Assembly (NCBI GenBank): GCA_021810905.1
Contig: JAJZQH010000007.1
Span: forward strand, 70,455-134,454
Direction: 5' to 3'
DNA length: 64,000 bases
DNA from: a bacterium
Lineage (GTDB): Bacteria; UBA10199; 2-02-FULL-44-16; JAAZCA01
Both the position numbers and the translations under genes were made by a program. This document shows, piece after piece, positions 26,715 to 35,272 of the stretch. Under the pieces are notes generated by a model. That model was not told the DNA's origin, did not search any database, and was given only the letters and a program-made list of their open reading frames with translations. How positions within the stretch are numbered: the stretch's first letter is position 1; every line of letters starts with the position of its first letter.

Positions 26715-27392
26715 ATGACCCGCAAAACCGCAAAAGTTCTGCTTTCTACAGCATTGATGCTCATCGTCGCCTCGGGAGCGTTCGCCGCTACCGGCGCGTG
26801 GACGCTCGACGACCTGAGTTCTTCCAAGGTCGGCAGCTTCCCGAAACGCTGGCGGACGTGGCCGTTGCAGAGAGGCAAAGCGGCGATGGTTTACACGGTG
26901 GCTGAAGAGAACGGAAAACGCTTCATCCATGCCGTTGACAGCGAAGACATCTCACAGCAGATCTTTTTCAACTTCGACTGGCCCATCGAAGACAGGCCCA
27001 TGCTCTCCTGGCGCTGGCGTGCAACCAAACTGCCCGAGGGCGCGGCTGAATCGAACGACGCAACAAACGACAGTGCGTGTGGCGTCTACGTCGTTGTGGG
27101 CAAATACAGCGGACACTCGATCAAGTACGTGTGGAGCACTACCCTGCCTGCAGGCTCGGTTATCTCGAGGCACGAGGGAAAGCTCAAGATCAAGGTGCTC
27201 GATAGCGGCTCCGGAAAGCTCGGACAGTGGATGAACCATTCGGTCGACGTCATGGCAGATTATCAGGCGCTCTTCGGGAAGCCCCTCGACAAGCAGCCTT
27301 CTGGCGTAGGCATTCTCACGGACGGCAACGCCGTGCACAAGCCGGCCGGATGCGACTACGCCGACTTCGCCATCAGCGGGAAGGGACGGTGA
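26715..27392 (+). CDS. secreted DUF3047-like protein
   Basis: Signal peptide is MTRKTAKVLLSTALMLIVASGAFA. LSWRWRATKLPEGA...DSACGVYVV resembles the DUF3047 signature as I remember it. Confidence 0.6.
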   Translation: MTRKTAKVLLSTALMLIVASGAFAATGAWTLDDLSSSKVGSFPKRWRTWPLQRGKAAMVYTVAEENGKRFIHAVDSEDISQQIFFNFDWPIEDRPMLSWRWRATKLPEGAAESNDATNDSACGVYVVVGKYSGHSIKYVWSTTLPAGSVISRHEGKLKIKVLDSGSGKLGQWMNHSVDVMADYQALFGKPLDKQPSGVGILTDGNAVHKPAGCDYADFAISGKGR

Positions 27393-28468
27393 TGCAGATG
27401 CGTTTTGCAACGGCAACGATAGCCATAGCGGCAGCAATCCTCATGCCGCTTTCTGTCTGTGCAAAAACAAAGGCAAAAGCGAATCCGGTTTCGCCGGCAA
27501 AATCCGCGGCCGTGACGGAACCGGCTGCTGAGGAGGCCTCGCCTCCATCGGTCGAAGTGCCGGAGTCCATCGTTACGGCGCTTGCAAAGGGAGATCTGAA
27601 CGGAGCTCTCATACAGATGCGCGATGAGAAACCTACTCCCAAGCTCAAACAGGTAATGAATGATGTATCGCGCGCGGCCACGTTCGACATGCGCGGGAAG
27701 ATCGACCGCTCCGAGGCGCACAAGGCTTACCAGAACGTGGCTGTGAGCTATCACAACCTCTATCTCTTTCTCAAACGGCGCGATATCGATCAAAAGAAAT
27801 ATTTCGAGATGGCCAGGAAGTACTATTCAAAAGCGCGTTCCGCGGCCACGCTGCTGCATAAGTCTGAATGCGACCTGCTGATGGCTGCCCTGCTGGCTTC
27901 CGCGGGCGAAGGAGAAAAGGCGAGAAAGATATTCGACAAGATCGACATTGCCTCCATGCGCGGCGACTTCGAATCTGTGGAATACATGGCCGCTTATTAT
28001 GCGGCATCCGGTCAGACGGAAGACGCGTTGGAAGCGCTGGGCCAGGCATACAAAATATCACCTGATCGGACGCTCGCATGGCTGGCCGCGGGGGATGATT
28101 TCGCGCAGATCGAAAACGACCCGCGGTATCAGGGTCAGCTCGATTCATGGCGATCCAATAAAAAGGATCGCAACGAAGTCACGCTGTCGATACCGAGGAA
28201 AGGTGAACCTCGCCTGGAGATGAGCTCCCCGGAGATACAGTTCGCGCCGCAGAAGATGATGAAACACGCCTCAAGCAAGGAATCCGCCGTCGTTTCCAAA
28301 AAACGGGCCGTGCAGAAATCCGCTGCCTCGTCGCGCGAAGGCAAAAAAGCTGCGGCAAAGAAATCAACCGTCAAGTCCGGCAAGTCTACTGCAAAAGTTG
28401 CCGTTGCATCAAAAAAGACTACGCCTCAACAAAAATCAACGGCAAGAAAGAGCCAGAAAAAGCGATAA
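27392..28468 (+). CDS. secreted TPR-like protein with a Lys/Ala/Ser-rich basic tail
   Basis: The ATG overlaps the upstream TGA (GTGATG). Signal peptide is MQMRFATATIAIAAAILMPLSVCA. A helical repeat body is followed by a C-terminal ~70 aa KK.A..KS-rich tail. Confidence 0.6.
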   Translation: MQMRFATATIAIAAAILMPLSVCAKTKAKANPVSPAKSAAVTEPAAEEASPPSVEVPESIVTALAKGDLNGALIQMRDEKPTPKLKQVMNDVSRAATFDMRGKIDRSEAHKAYQNVAVSYHNLYLFLKRRDIDQKKYFEMARKYYSKARSAATLLHKSECDLLMAALLASAGEGEKARKIFDKIDIASMRGDFESVEYMAAYYAASGQTEDALEALGQAYKISPDRTLAWLAAGDDFAQIENDPRYQGQLDSWRSNKKDRNEVTLSIPRKGEPRLEMSSPEIQFAPQKMMKHASSKESAVVSKKRAVQKSAASSREGKKAAAKKSTVKSGKSTAKVAVASKKTTPQQKSTARKSQKKR

Positions 28469-28470
28469 CA

Positions 28471-28500
28471 AAAAAGGCCCCGCAATCGCGGGGCCTTTAA
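28471..28500. terminator. bidirectional intrinsic terminator
   Basis: AAAAAGGCCCCGC-AATC-GCGGGGCCTTTAA: an 8-bp GC stem flanked by an A-run and a T-run, between convergent genes. Confidence 0.7.
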
Positions 28501-28517
28501 GTTTATACATCGGGCGA

Positions 28518-28751
28518 TCACTCTCCGTCGTCGCCTATCGCCTCAACCGGACACGAATCCTTTGCCTCACTGCACTGCTCTTCTTCTTCGTCCCCGTTCG
28601 GCTGCTTGCTGACGTACGCGTAACCTGCCTCTTCCTGATGAGCAAAGTTTCCTGGAGCTATGTCACGGCAGAGGTTGCAGTCTATGCACTGGGTATCGAC
28701 GTAGTAGCGCCCTTCAATATTCTCCGGTACCTTATCGTCACGATTTGCCAT
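28518..28751 (-). CDS. small 4Fe-4S ferredoxin
   Basis: MANRDDKVPENIEGRYYVDTQCIDCNLCRDIAPGNF...CSEAKDSCPVEAI shows the C..C..C...CP cluster motif. Start is taken at the internal ATG after GGAGGAG. Confidence 0.8.
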   Translation of the reverse strand: MANRDDKVPENIEGRYYVDTQCIDCNLCRDIAPGNFAHQEEAGYAYVSKQPNGDEEEEQCSEAKDSCPVEAIGDDGE

Positions 28752-28843
28752 TGGCTCCTCCTTGATATGCGTTATGAATGTGGAGGCGAAATAGCTACAC
28801 GCCCTCCAAGTGTCAAGCCAAAACGAGCTGCAAGCAACGACTC

Positions 28844-29479
28844 TCAGAACATGTCCGCAGACGGGCACAGCTCCCGCACGGGACAGGTCGGACAGGACGG
28901 CTTTCGCGCAAAACAGCAGCGGCGTCCGTGCGTCATAAGGGCGGTGGAAAAGGCCGTCCAGTCACGCTCCGGAAGCAGCGCGGCGAGATCAGCCTCAACC
29001 TTGTCGGCGTCCTTCTGCTTTGTGAGCCCGAGGCGCTCTGAGACCCGCAGGACGTGCGTATCGCAGATAATGCCCGGCTTGCCAAAGGCGTACGCGCGCA
29101 CGAGATTGGCCGTCTTGCGGCCCACCCCTGCCAGTTTAATCAACTCCTCCATGGATTCGGGCACCTTGCCGCCGTGCTCCATCGCGAGCTGCGTGCAGCA
29201 GTTCTGGATCGAGCGGGCCTTGTTCTTGTAGAATCCGGTGGAGTGGATGAGTTTTTCAAGCTCCGCAGTTGATGCCTTTGCATAGGCCTGCGCGGTTTTA
29301 AATTTCGCGAAGAGCGCTGGCGTGACCTCATTGACACGAGCGTCCGTGCATTGAGCGGATAATATCGTGGCGACGAGCAGCTCGAGCGGAGTCTTGAAAT
29401 CGAGCTCGCAATGCGCATTCGGATACGCCTTCTTGAGCCTCCTGAGGAGCTCGTGCACATGTTCGAGTGTGGGCTTCAT
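28844..29479 (-). CDS. nth: endonuclease III
   Basis: HhH-GPD motifs LIKLAGVGRKTANLV and DTHV.RV, plus the C-terminal Fe-S cluster loop C......C..C.....C. Confidence 0.9.
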   Translation of the reverse strand: MKPTLEHVHELLRRLKKAYPNAHCELDFKTPLELLVATILSAQCTDARVNEVTPALFAKFKTAQAYAKASTAELEKLIHSTGFYKNKARSIQNCCTQLAMEHGGKVPESMEELIKLAGVGRKTANLVRAYAFGKPGIICDTHVLRVSERLGLTKQKDADKVEADLAALLPERDWTAFSTALMTHGRRCCFARKPSCPTCPVRELCPSADMF

Positions 29480-31357
29480 CTATGCCTTCTGATCGAATCT
29501 GAACGACAGCGTGTATATCCCCTCTTCAAAACTCGTCTTGAGCGAATAGCCCGCGTTATGAAACACGGCCATCATCTGTTTGTTGTCATGCAGAACGGAC
29601 GCCACAAATCCCTCGATGCCGTTCATCTTCGCTATCTCGATGAGTTGTTCCAGCAGCGCCCTGCCCATGCCGCGGTTCTGCCATTCGTCGCGCACCATGA
29701 AGGCTACCTCCGCCATCTTCTCTTCCTGTGAGCTGCGGATGTAACGGCCGACAGCGAGGATTTTCTCTCCAGCCACGTCGTTTATCGTCGCCACTATGGC
29801 CATATCCTTCTCGTAATCTATGCTGACCAGCGGCATCACCTTTGAGTGTGGGAGCGACTTCACAGGCTGGAAGAAACGATGGTAGATCGACGCTGGCGAC
29901 ACGGAATAAAAAAATTCGCGCGTAGCGTCTTCGTCCGTGAACCGCACCGGGCGGAAGAAGACCTGAGTGCCGTCGGCTATGACCTGGCAGCGCTCGAACT
30001 CTTCCGGATAGCGCGTCCGCTCCCATGGCAGCTCGATCTGGTCCTCATAGGCATAGTGCAGCTGTTTGGCCTCGCGCAGCAGCTGCGAGCGGAACTTGGG
30101 ATGCGCGATATTGATGAGCTCCATCGTGCGCTCGCGGATGTTCTTGCCGTGCAGATCGGCTATGCCATATTCGGTGACCACGTAGTGGACGTCGCCGCGG
30201 GTTGTGACCACGCCCGCACCGGGCGAAAGCATTGAGACGATGCGGGAGATTGTTTCGTTTTTCGCCGTGGATTTCATGGCGATGATCGGTTTTCCACCCG
30301 GAGACCGCGCCGCTCCGCGGATGAAATCCAGCTGGCCGCCGATCCCGCTGTAGAACTTGTGCCCAAGCGAATCGGCGCATACCTGCCCAGTAAGATCGAC
30401 CTCGAGCGCCACGTTGATGGCCACCATCCTCGGATGCCCGCTGATCACGAACGGATCGTTGACGTATTCGGACGGATGCAGCTCGATCATCGGATTATCA
30501 TTTACGAAGTCGTAGAGCTTCTGCGTCCCCATTATGAAAGAGGCCACGACCTTGCCGCGTTCGTGGATCTTCTTGCTTCCGCTCACCACTCCGGACTCGA
30601 TAAGATCCACGAGCTGATCCGTGAACATTTCGGTATGAATTCCGAGATCGCGCTTGTCCTTCAAAAATTCCAAAATCGCCTGCGGTATGGCGCCGATTCC
30701 CACCTCGATGGTGGAACCGTCTTCAATGAGCGAAGCCACGTTCCTGCCGATTCTGCGAATCGTATCGTCGACTTCGACCGGATGATACGTGAGCAGCGGC
30801 CGGTCCGATTCGACAAAGAAATCTATGTAGTCTGCAGGTATCTGGGAACTCCCGCAGGTGCGCGGCATGCGGGGGTTGACCTCGGCGATGACGAGGTTGG
30901 CGTTCTCGGTGGCGCTCTTCACTATGTCCACGGAGATGCCCAGGTTCACCATACCGTCCGCTGTCGGCGGCGCCACCTGGATGAGCGCAACGTCAAGGGG
31001 CGTGCGCCCGGATTCGAAGAGCCTCGGTATCTCCGAGAGAAAGACCGGCGTGTAGTCTCCGAGCCCCTGTTGCACGGCATCTCGAACGTTTTCTGCGATG
31101 AAGAAACTGTTGAAGCGGAAGCGTTCGGGAAACTTGTCCCGCGCGTAGGGGGCAACGCCCATGGTAAGCAAATGAAATATCTCCGCATCAGTTACGCCCT
31201 GGCGCTCTGCGGTCATGGCTTCGATGAGCGTCTGCGGCGCAGCGCAACCCGTGCCCACGAAGATCTTGTTGCCCGCTTTGATGTGGCTCATCGCCTCGGC
31301 AGCGCTCACGATTTTATTCGCGTACTGCGTCTTCCAGTCTGTTTTATTCATGAGCAT
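29480..31357 (-). CDS. acetyl-CoA hydrolase/transferase-family domain fused to a Pat-type GNAT acetyltransferase domain
   Basis: The N-terminal ~430 aa look like the ACH1/Cat1/ScpC family (GTGCAAPQTL, GIHTEMFTD, GGQLDF.RGA). The C-terminal ~190 aa (FRPVRFTDEDATREFFYSVSPASIYHRFF...IDYEKDMAIVA...AEVAFMVRDEWQNRGMGRALLEQLIEIAK) match the GNAT domain of Pat/AcuA-like protein acetyltransferases. Confidence 0.8.
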   Translation of the reverse strand: MLMNKTDWKTQYANKIVSAAEAMSHIKAGNKIFVGTGCAAPQTLIEAMTAERQGVTDAEIFHLLTMGVAPYARDKFPERFRFNSFFIAENVRDAVQQGLGDYTPVFLSEIPRLFESGRTPLDVALIQVAPPTADGMVNLGISVDIVKSATENANLVIAEVNPRMPRTCGSSQIPADYIDFFVESDRPLLTYHPVEVDDTIRRIGRNVASLIEDGSTIEVGIGAIPQAILEFLKDKRDLGIHTEMFTDQLVDLIESGVVSGSKKIHERGKVVASFIMGTQKLYDFVNDNPMIELHPSEYVNDPFVISGHPRMVAINVALEVDLTGQVCADSLGHKFYSGIGGQLDFIRGAARSPGGKPIIAMKSTAKNETISRIVSMLSPGAGVVTTRGDVHYVVTEYGIADLHGKNIRERTMELINIAHPKFRSQLLREAKQLHYAYEDQIELPWERTRYPEEFERCQVIADGTQVFFRPVRFTDEDATREFFYSVSPASIYHRFFQPVKSLPHSKVMPLVSIDYEKDMAIVATINDVAGEKILAVGRYIRSSQEEKMAEVAFMVRDEWQNRGMGRALLEQLIEIAKMNGIEGFVASVLHDNKQMMAVFHNAGYSLKTSFEEGIYTLSFRFDQKA

Positions 31358-33449
31358 TACCTCGAATTCTCACGCGGGCGTCCACTGCCACCGCCCTTGC
31401 ACGCTCGGAGCTGACCTTGAGCGGATTGATATCCATCTCCTCTATCTCGGGAAAATCCACGGAGAGCTGCGAGATGCGCTGGATGCATTCCGCCACCAGC
31501 TGCATGTCCACGGATTTTTCACCGCGCACGCCCTTGAGCAACTTATAAGTCCTGGTTCCGACGAGCATCTGATAGGCCTCTTCGTCCGTGATGGGCGCCA
31601 ACTGAAACGAGACGTCACGCAAGACCTCTACGTATACGCCTCCCAGCCCGAACATGAGCATGGGACCGAACTGCGGGTCGCGCGTCATGCCGATGATGAT
31701 CTCGCGCCCTTCCCTCACCATCTCCTGAATGAGCACGCCGTGCAGGCGAGCATCGGGTTCGCGCTCGCGTATGCGCTTCATCATGAGCTCATACGCATCG
31801 CTCACGTCTGACGGTCCCGCAAGTCCCACCTTCACGCCGCCAACGTCTGATTTATGCACTATGTCGGGGGAGACTATCTTCATCACCACTGGAAAACCGA
31901 TTGTGCCGGCCGCCGAGACCGCTTCGTCGGCGCTTCTCGCCATAACGGCCTGGGGCACGGTGAATCCGTATGCCGCGAGTATAGACTTGGATTCCTGCTC
32001 GCCCACGTTCATCTGGCCGCGCTTGCGGCAGAGATTTATCACACGGCTCACCTTCGTCGTGTTGACCGCGAACCGCCTGATAACGCGCTGCGGCCGCTCG
32101 CGCCACTTCATGTAATCGACCATCATGAGCAGCGATTCCACGGCGCGTTCAGGCGTGGGATAATGAGGAATTCTGTTTTTCTGCAGGAACTCGATGCCGC
32201 TCGCCACGCGTTCCGCGCCGATGAAGGATGCGACAACCGGCTTATTGAATTTTTTCGCGGCCGCGGATATTTGCTCCGCCGCCTTCCTCACGTCTACCAT
32301 GGCCTGCGGCGTGAGGAGCACCACCGCCGCATCCACGCCGTCATCCGCAAGCACCGCGTCGAGCGCCTTTCCGTAAACCTCCGCCGCGGCGTCGCCCAGG
32401 ATGTCCACCGGGTTCATCACGTTTGCGGCGGCGGGAAGAAAGGATCTCAGGTTTTCGTGGCTCTCCTCGGAGAGCGCGGCAAACGCGAGCCCCGCGTTCT
32501 CTATCGCGTCGGCTGCCATGATGCCCGGGCCGCCGGCGTTTGTGACGACCGCCACGCGGTTTCCGCGCGGAAGCGGCTGATATGAAAAGGCCTGAGCATA
32601 ATCGAAGAGCGCCTCTAGCGAAGAGGCCTGCAAAATGCCGCTGGAGCGAAACGCGCACTCGTAAGCCATTCGCGCGCCGGCGAGGCTGCCGGTATGCGAA
32701 GAAGCGGCGCGCGCGCCGGCGGTCGTGTTCCCAGCCTTAATCAGAATGACGGGTTTGCGCTTTGTCACGCGTTCCGCGGAACGCATGAAATGAGGACCGT
32801 GAAGGATATTCTCCAGATAGCCCACGATTACCTTTGAGTTATCGTCTTCGCCAAGCGCCTCTATCAGCACCTCCTCGTCTATATCGACCTTGTTCCCTAT
32901 GCTGATGAGTTTTGAAAATCCGATATGATTACGAACCGCCCAGTCGAGGATAGCTGTACAGAGCGCGCCTGATTGGGAGAGAACCGCGATGTCGCCATCC
33001 TCCGGAAAATGAGCTGCAAAGGACGCATCGAGCCTGTGCTTCGTGTTGATGAGGCCCAGGCAGTTGGGGCCCAGTATGCGCACGCCGCTCACCATCGCGG
33101 CGTTGAAGAGCCGCTTCTCAAGGTCCTTGCCCTCTTCGCCCGCCTCCTTGAAGCCGGCCGAAATGACTATTGCAGCGCCTATGCCCTTGCGGCCCAGCTC
33201 CTCGACCGTGCTGGGAACGAACTTCGCCGGAATCGCTATCACGGCGAGATCTATGCCGTCAGGAAGGGAGTTCACGTCGCGATAACACGCAAGGCCCATG
33301 ATATCGGCGGCCTTGGGATTCACCGGGTAGATCTTCCCGGCAAAGCCGTGCTCGATCATGTTTTTTATGACCGAGTGGCCCACCTTGCCTTCCTCGCGCG
33401 AAGCTCCGATTATCGCCACCGATTGCGGCGTGAAGAGTTTTTCAAGCAC
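31344..33449 (-). CDS. ADP-forming acyl-CoA synthetase-like protein (fused alpha/beta: CoA-binding, ligase-CoA, ATP-grasp)
   Basis: PQSVAIIGASREEGKVGH, QSGAL and GPNCLG motifs, with a C-terminal ATP-grasp region (PVVMKIVSPDI.HKSDVGGV). There is a 14-nt overlap with the downstream gene. Confidence 0.85.
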   Translation of the reverse strand: MLEKLFTPQSVAIIGASREEGKVGHSVIKNMIEHGFAGKIYPVNPKAADIMGLACYRDVNSLPDGIDLAVIAIPAKFVPSTVEELGRKGIGAAIVISAGFKEAGEEGKDLEKRLFNAAMVSGVRILGPNCLGLINTKHRLDASFAAHFPEDGDIAVLSQSGALCTAILDWAVRNHIGFSKLISIGNKVDIDEEVLIEALGEDDNSKVIVGYLENILHGPHFMRSAERVTKRKPVILIKAGNTTAGARAASSHTGSLAGARMAYECAFRSSGILQASSLEALFDYAQAFSYQPLPRGNRVAVVTNAGGPGIMAADAIENAGLAFAALSEESHENLRSFLPAAANVMNPVDILGDAAAEVYGKALDAVLADDGVDAAVVLLTPQAMVDVRKAAEQISAAAKKFNKPVVASFIGAERVASGIEFLQKNRIPHYPTPERAVESLLMMVDYMKWRERPQRVIRRFAVNTTKVSRVINLCRKRGQMNVGEQESKSILAAYGFTVPQAVMARSADEAVSAAGTIGFPVVMKIVSPDIVHKSDVGGVKVGLAGPSDVSDAYELMMKRIREREPDARLHGVLIQEMVREGREIIIGMTRDPQFGPMLMFGLGGVYVEVLRDVSFQLAPITDEEAYQMLVGTRTYKLLKGVRGEKSVDMQLVAECIQRISQLSVDFPEIEEMDINPLKVSSERARAVAVDARVRIRGNAHE

Positions 33450-33452
33450 GTT

Positions 33453-35171
33453 TCACCTCTTGTGAAAGTATCTGACAAGGTCTTCGGCGTTCAGATTATT
33501 GAGGACATCGCGCTTTGTCAGCCAGCCCTTGCGCGCTACCCAGATTCCGAACTCGACGTGGCGTATCTCTTCCGTGGAGTGTGCGTCGGGACCTATGATC
33601 ATTTTTGCGCCCTGCTCCTTTGCGTATTTACACCATCGCCAATCGAGATCAAGCCTCATGGGATGTGCGTTGATCTCCAGCGCCACGTCGTATTTTACCG
33701 CGGCCGCGATCACGCGGCGGAGATCCACGGCGTAGGGCTCCCTGGTGAGCAAAAGTCTCCCCGTCGGATGCGCCAGCACCTTCACGAATGGATTCGCAAT
33801 GCCGCGCACTATTCTCTCCGTCATCTCGGCTTCAGGCATGCCGAAGCCGGAATGAATCGCAGCCATTACTATTTCAAATGAAGAGAGAAGTTCGTCGTCG
33901 AAATCGAGAGCGCCGTCGGAAAGGATGTCGAGTTCCACTCCCTTGACGACCCTGAATCCCTTGAGCTTGCGGTTGAGCGCATCGATCTCCTTGTGCTGGT
34001 GACGCACGTCAGCGGGCTTCATTCCGCCGGCGATACGCACCGCCTGGCTGTGATCGGCGATCACTATATATTTGTATCCCAGAGAACTGGCGGCATCGGC
34101 CATCTCCGCAATGCCCGCCTTGCCATCGGTGTATGTCGAATGTACGTGAGGAACTCCCATCACGTCTTTGCGCTCGATCAGGCGCGGGAGCGCGCCTTTT
34201 GCGGCGGCCTCTATCTCTCCCATGTTCTCGCGCAGCTCAGGTGGAATGAATTCGAGTCCCAGCTTCTTGAAGAGCGCCGTTTCGTCCGCGCAGCTGACCG
34301 ATTTATTGGAAGCGCCCTTGAACAAACCGTATTCGTTCAATTTGTATCCCTTGGCCTTTGCCCTGCCTCGCATCTCGACGTTATGTTCCTTTGAGCCTGT
34401 GAAGTAGTGAAGCGCAAACGGATACTCTTCATCGGAAACAGCTCGAAGGTCGCACTGTATTCCAGACTTGAGCATGACCTCGGATTTTTTGCTTCCGTGC
34501 TGAATAACCCGCTCCACCTGAGGCATGGCAATGAAGCGCTCCATGATCTTCTCCGGCTTTTCGGTGGAGACGAGTATGTCGATATCGTGAATTATCTCCT
34601 TGCAGCGCCGTATCGATCCGCCTATCTCGCTGCGGATCACATCCGGCCAGCGGCTCACCTCTTTATGCACGTCGAGTGCGGCGCCGAGCGCTTCGTCCAG
34701 CCTGCAACTGCCCGCAAAACTCTTGAGCATATCGATGCCGGCAAGTATTTTTTCCTCTGTCTTCTCTCCGAAGCCGGGATCTCCCGCCAGCAGGTGGCGT
34801 CGGCAGAGAATTTCCAGCTCTCCTATCGACTTGATCCCCCGCTCCTTCCAGAGGTATCTGGTCTTTTTCGGACCAACGCCGGGTATCGAGAGCATCTTGA
34901 TCACGTCTTCAGGAACGGAGGCGCGAAGTTTGTCGTATTCCTTGATGCTGCCGCTGCGCGCTATCTCGGCTATGTGATCCGCCAGCGCCCTGCCGATTCC
35001 CTTGAGCTTGACTAGTTCGTCGCGCTCTATCAGCTGGGCGATGTCGTCATGGAGCGACTCCACTATGCGCGCCGCGTTGTGATATGCGCGCACCTTGAAG
35101 GCGTTCTCGCCCATGAGTTCGAGCAGCACCGCTGTCTCTTCGAGGATATTTGCGATCTGGTGGTTGTCCAT
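33453..35171 (-). CDS. polX: DNA polymerase X family protein with a C-terminal PHP domain
   Basis: MDNHQIANILEE..LLELMGENAFKVRAYHNAAR, HhH motifs IPGVGPKKT, the nucleotidyltransferase core GSIRRCKEIIHDIDILV, and PHP with HVHSTYTDG. The ORF-track extension upstream of Met-25 is repeat-encoded. Confidence 0.9.
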   Translation of the reverse strand: MDNHQIANILEETAVLLELMGENAFKVRAYHNAARIVESLHDDIAQLIERDELVKLKGIGRALADHIAEIARSGSIKEYDKLRASVPEDVIKMLSIPGVGPKKTRYLWKERGIKSIGELEILCRRHLLAGDPGFGEKTEEKILAGIDMLKSFAGSCRLDEALGAALDVHKEVSRWPDVIRSEIGGSIRRCKEIIHDIDILVSTEKPEKIMERFIAMPQVERVIQHGSKKSEVMLKSGIQCDLRAVSDEEYPFALHYFTGSKEHNVEMRGRAKAKGYKLNEYGLFKGASNKSVSCADETALFKKLGLEFIPPELRENMGEIEAAAKGALPRLIERKDVMGVPHVHSTYTDGKAGIAEMADAASSLGYKYIVIADHSQAVRIAGGMKPADVRHQHKEIDALNRKLKGFRVVKGVELDILSDGALDFDDELLSSFEIVMAAIHSGFGMPEAEMTERIVRGIANPFVKVLAHPTGRLLLTREPYAVDLRRVIAAAVKYDVALEINAHPMRLDLDWRWCKYAKEQGAKMIIGPDAHSTEEIRHVEFGIWVARKGWLTKRDVLNNLNAEDLVRYFHKR

Positions 35172-35172
35172 G

Positions 35173-35272
35173 ATTTCGTGGATCGTGGATCGTTGATCGT
35201 GGATCGTGAAGGCCACAAGCACTTCGGCGGTTTTACGATCCACGATTCACGAACCACGAATCACGTTTTTTT
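35173..35272. repeat. heptamer-arm hairpin, type-1 loop (GAAGGCCACAAGCACTTCGGCGGTTTT)
   Basis: Arms are ATTTCGTGGATCGTGGATCGTTGATCGTGGATCGTGAAGG and TTTTACGATCCACGATTCACGAACCACGAATCACG. It fills the whole spacer between the response-regulator stop and the polX start. Confidence 0.75.

Noticed and set aside
30359-33881. Plus-strand ORFs 30359-31414, 31215-31811, 31854-32585 and 32973-33881, antisense to the ACH-GNAT, acyl-CoA synthetase and polX genes
   Set aside because: They have no motifs and a biased His/Arg/Leu composition. They are fully overlapped by minus-strand genes with strong family signatures.
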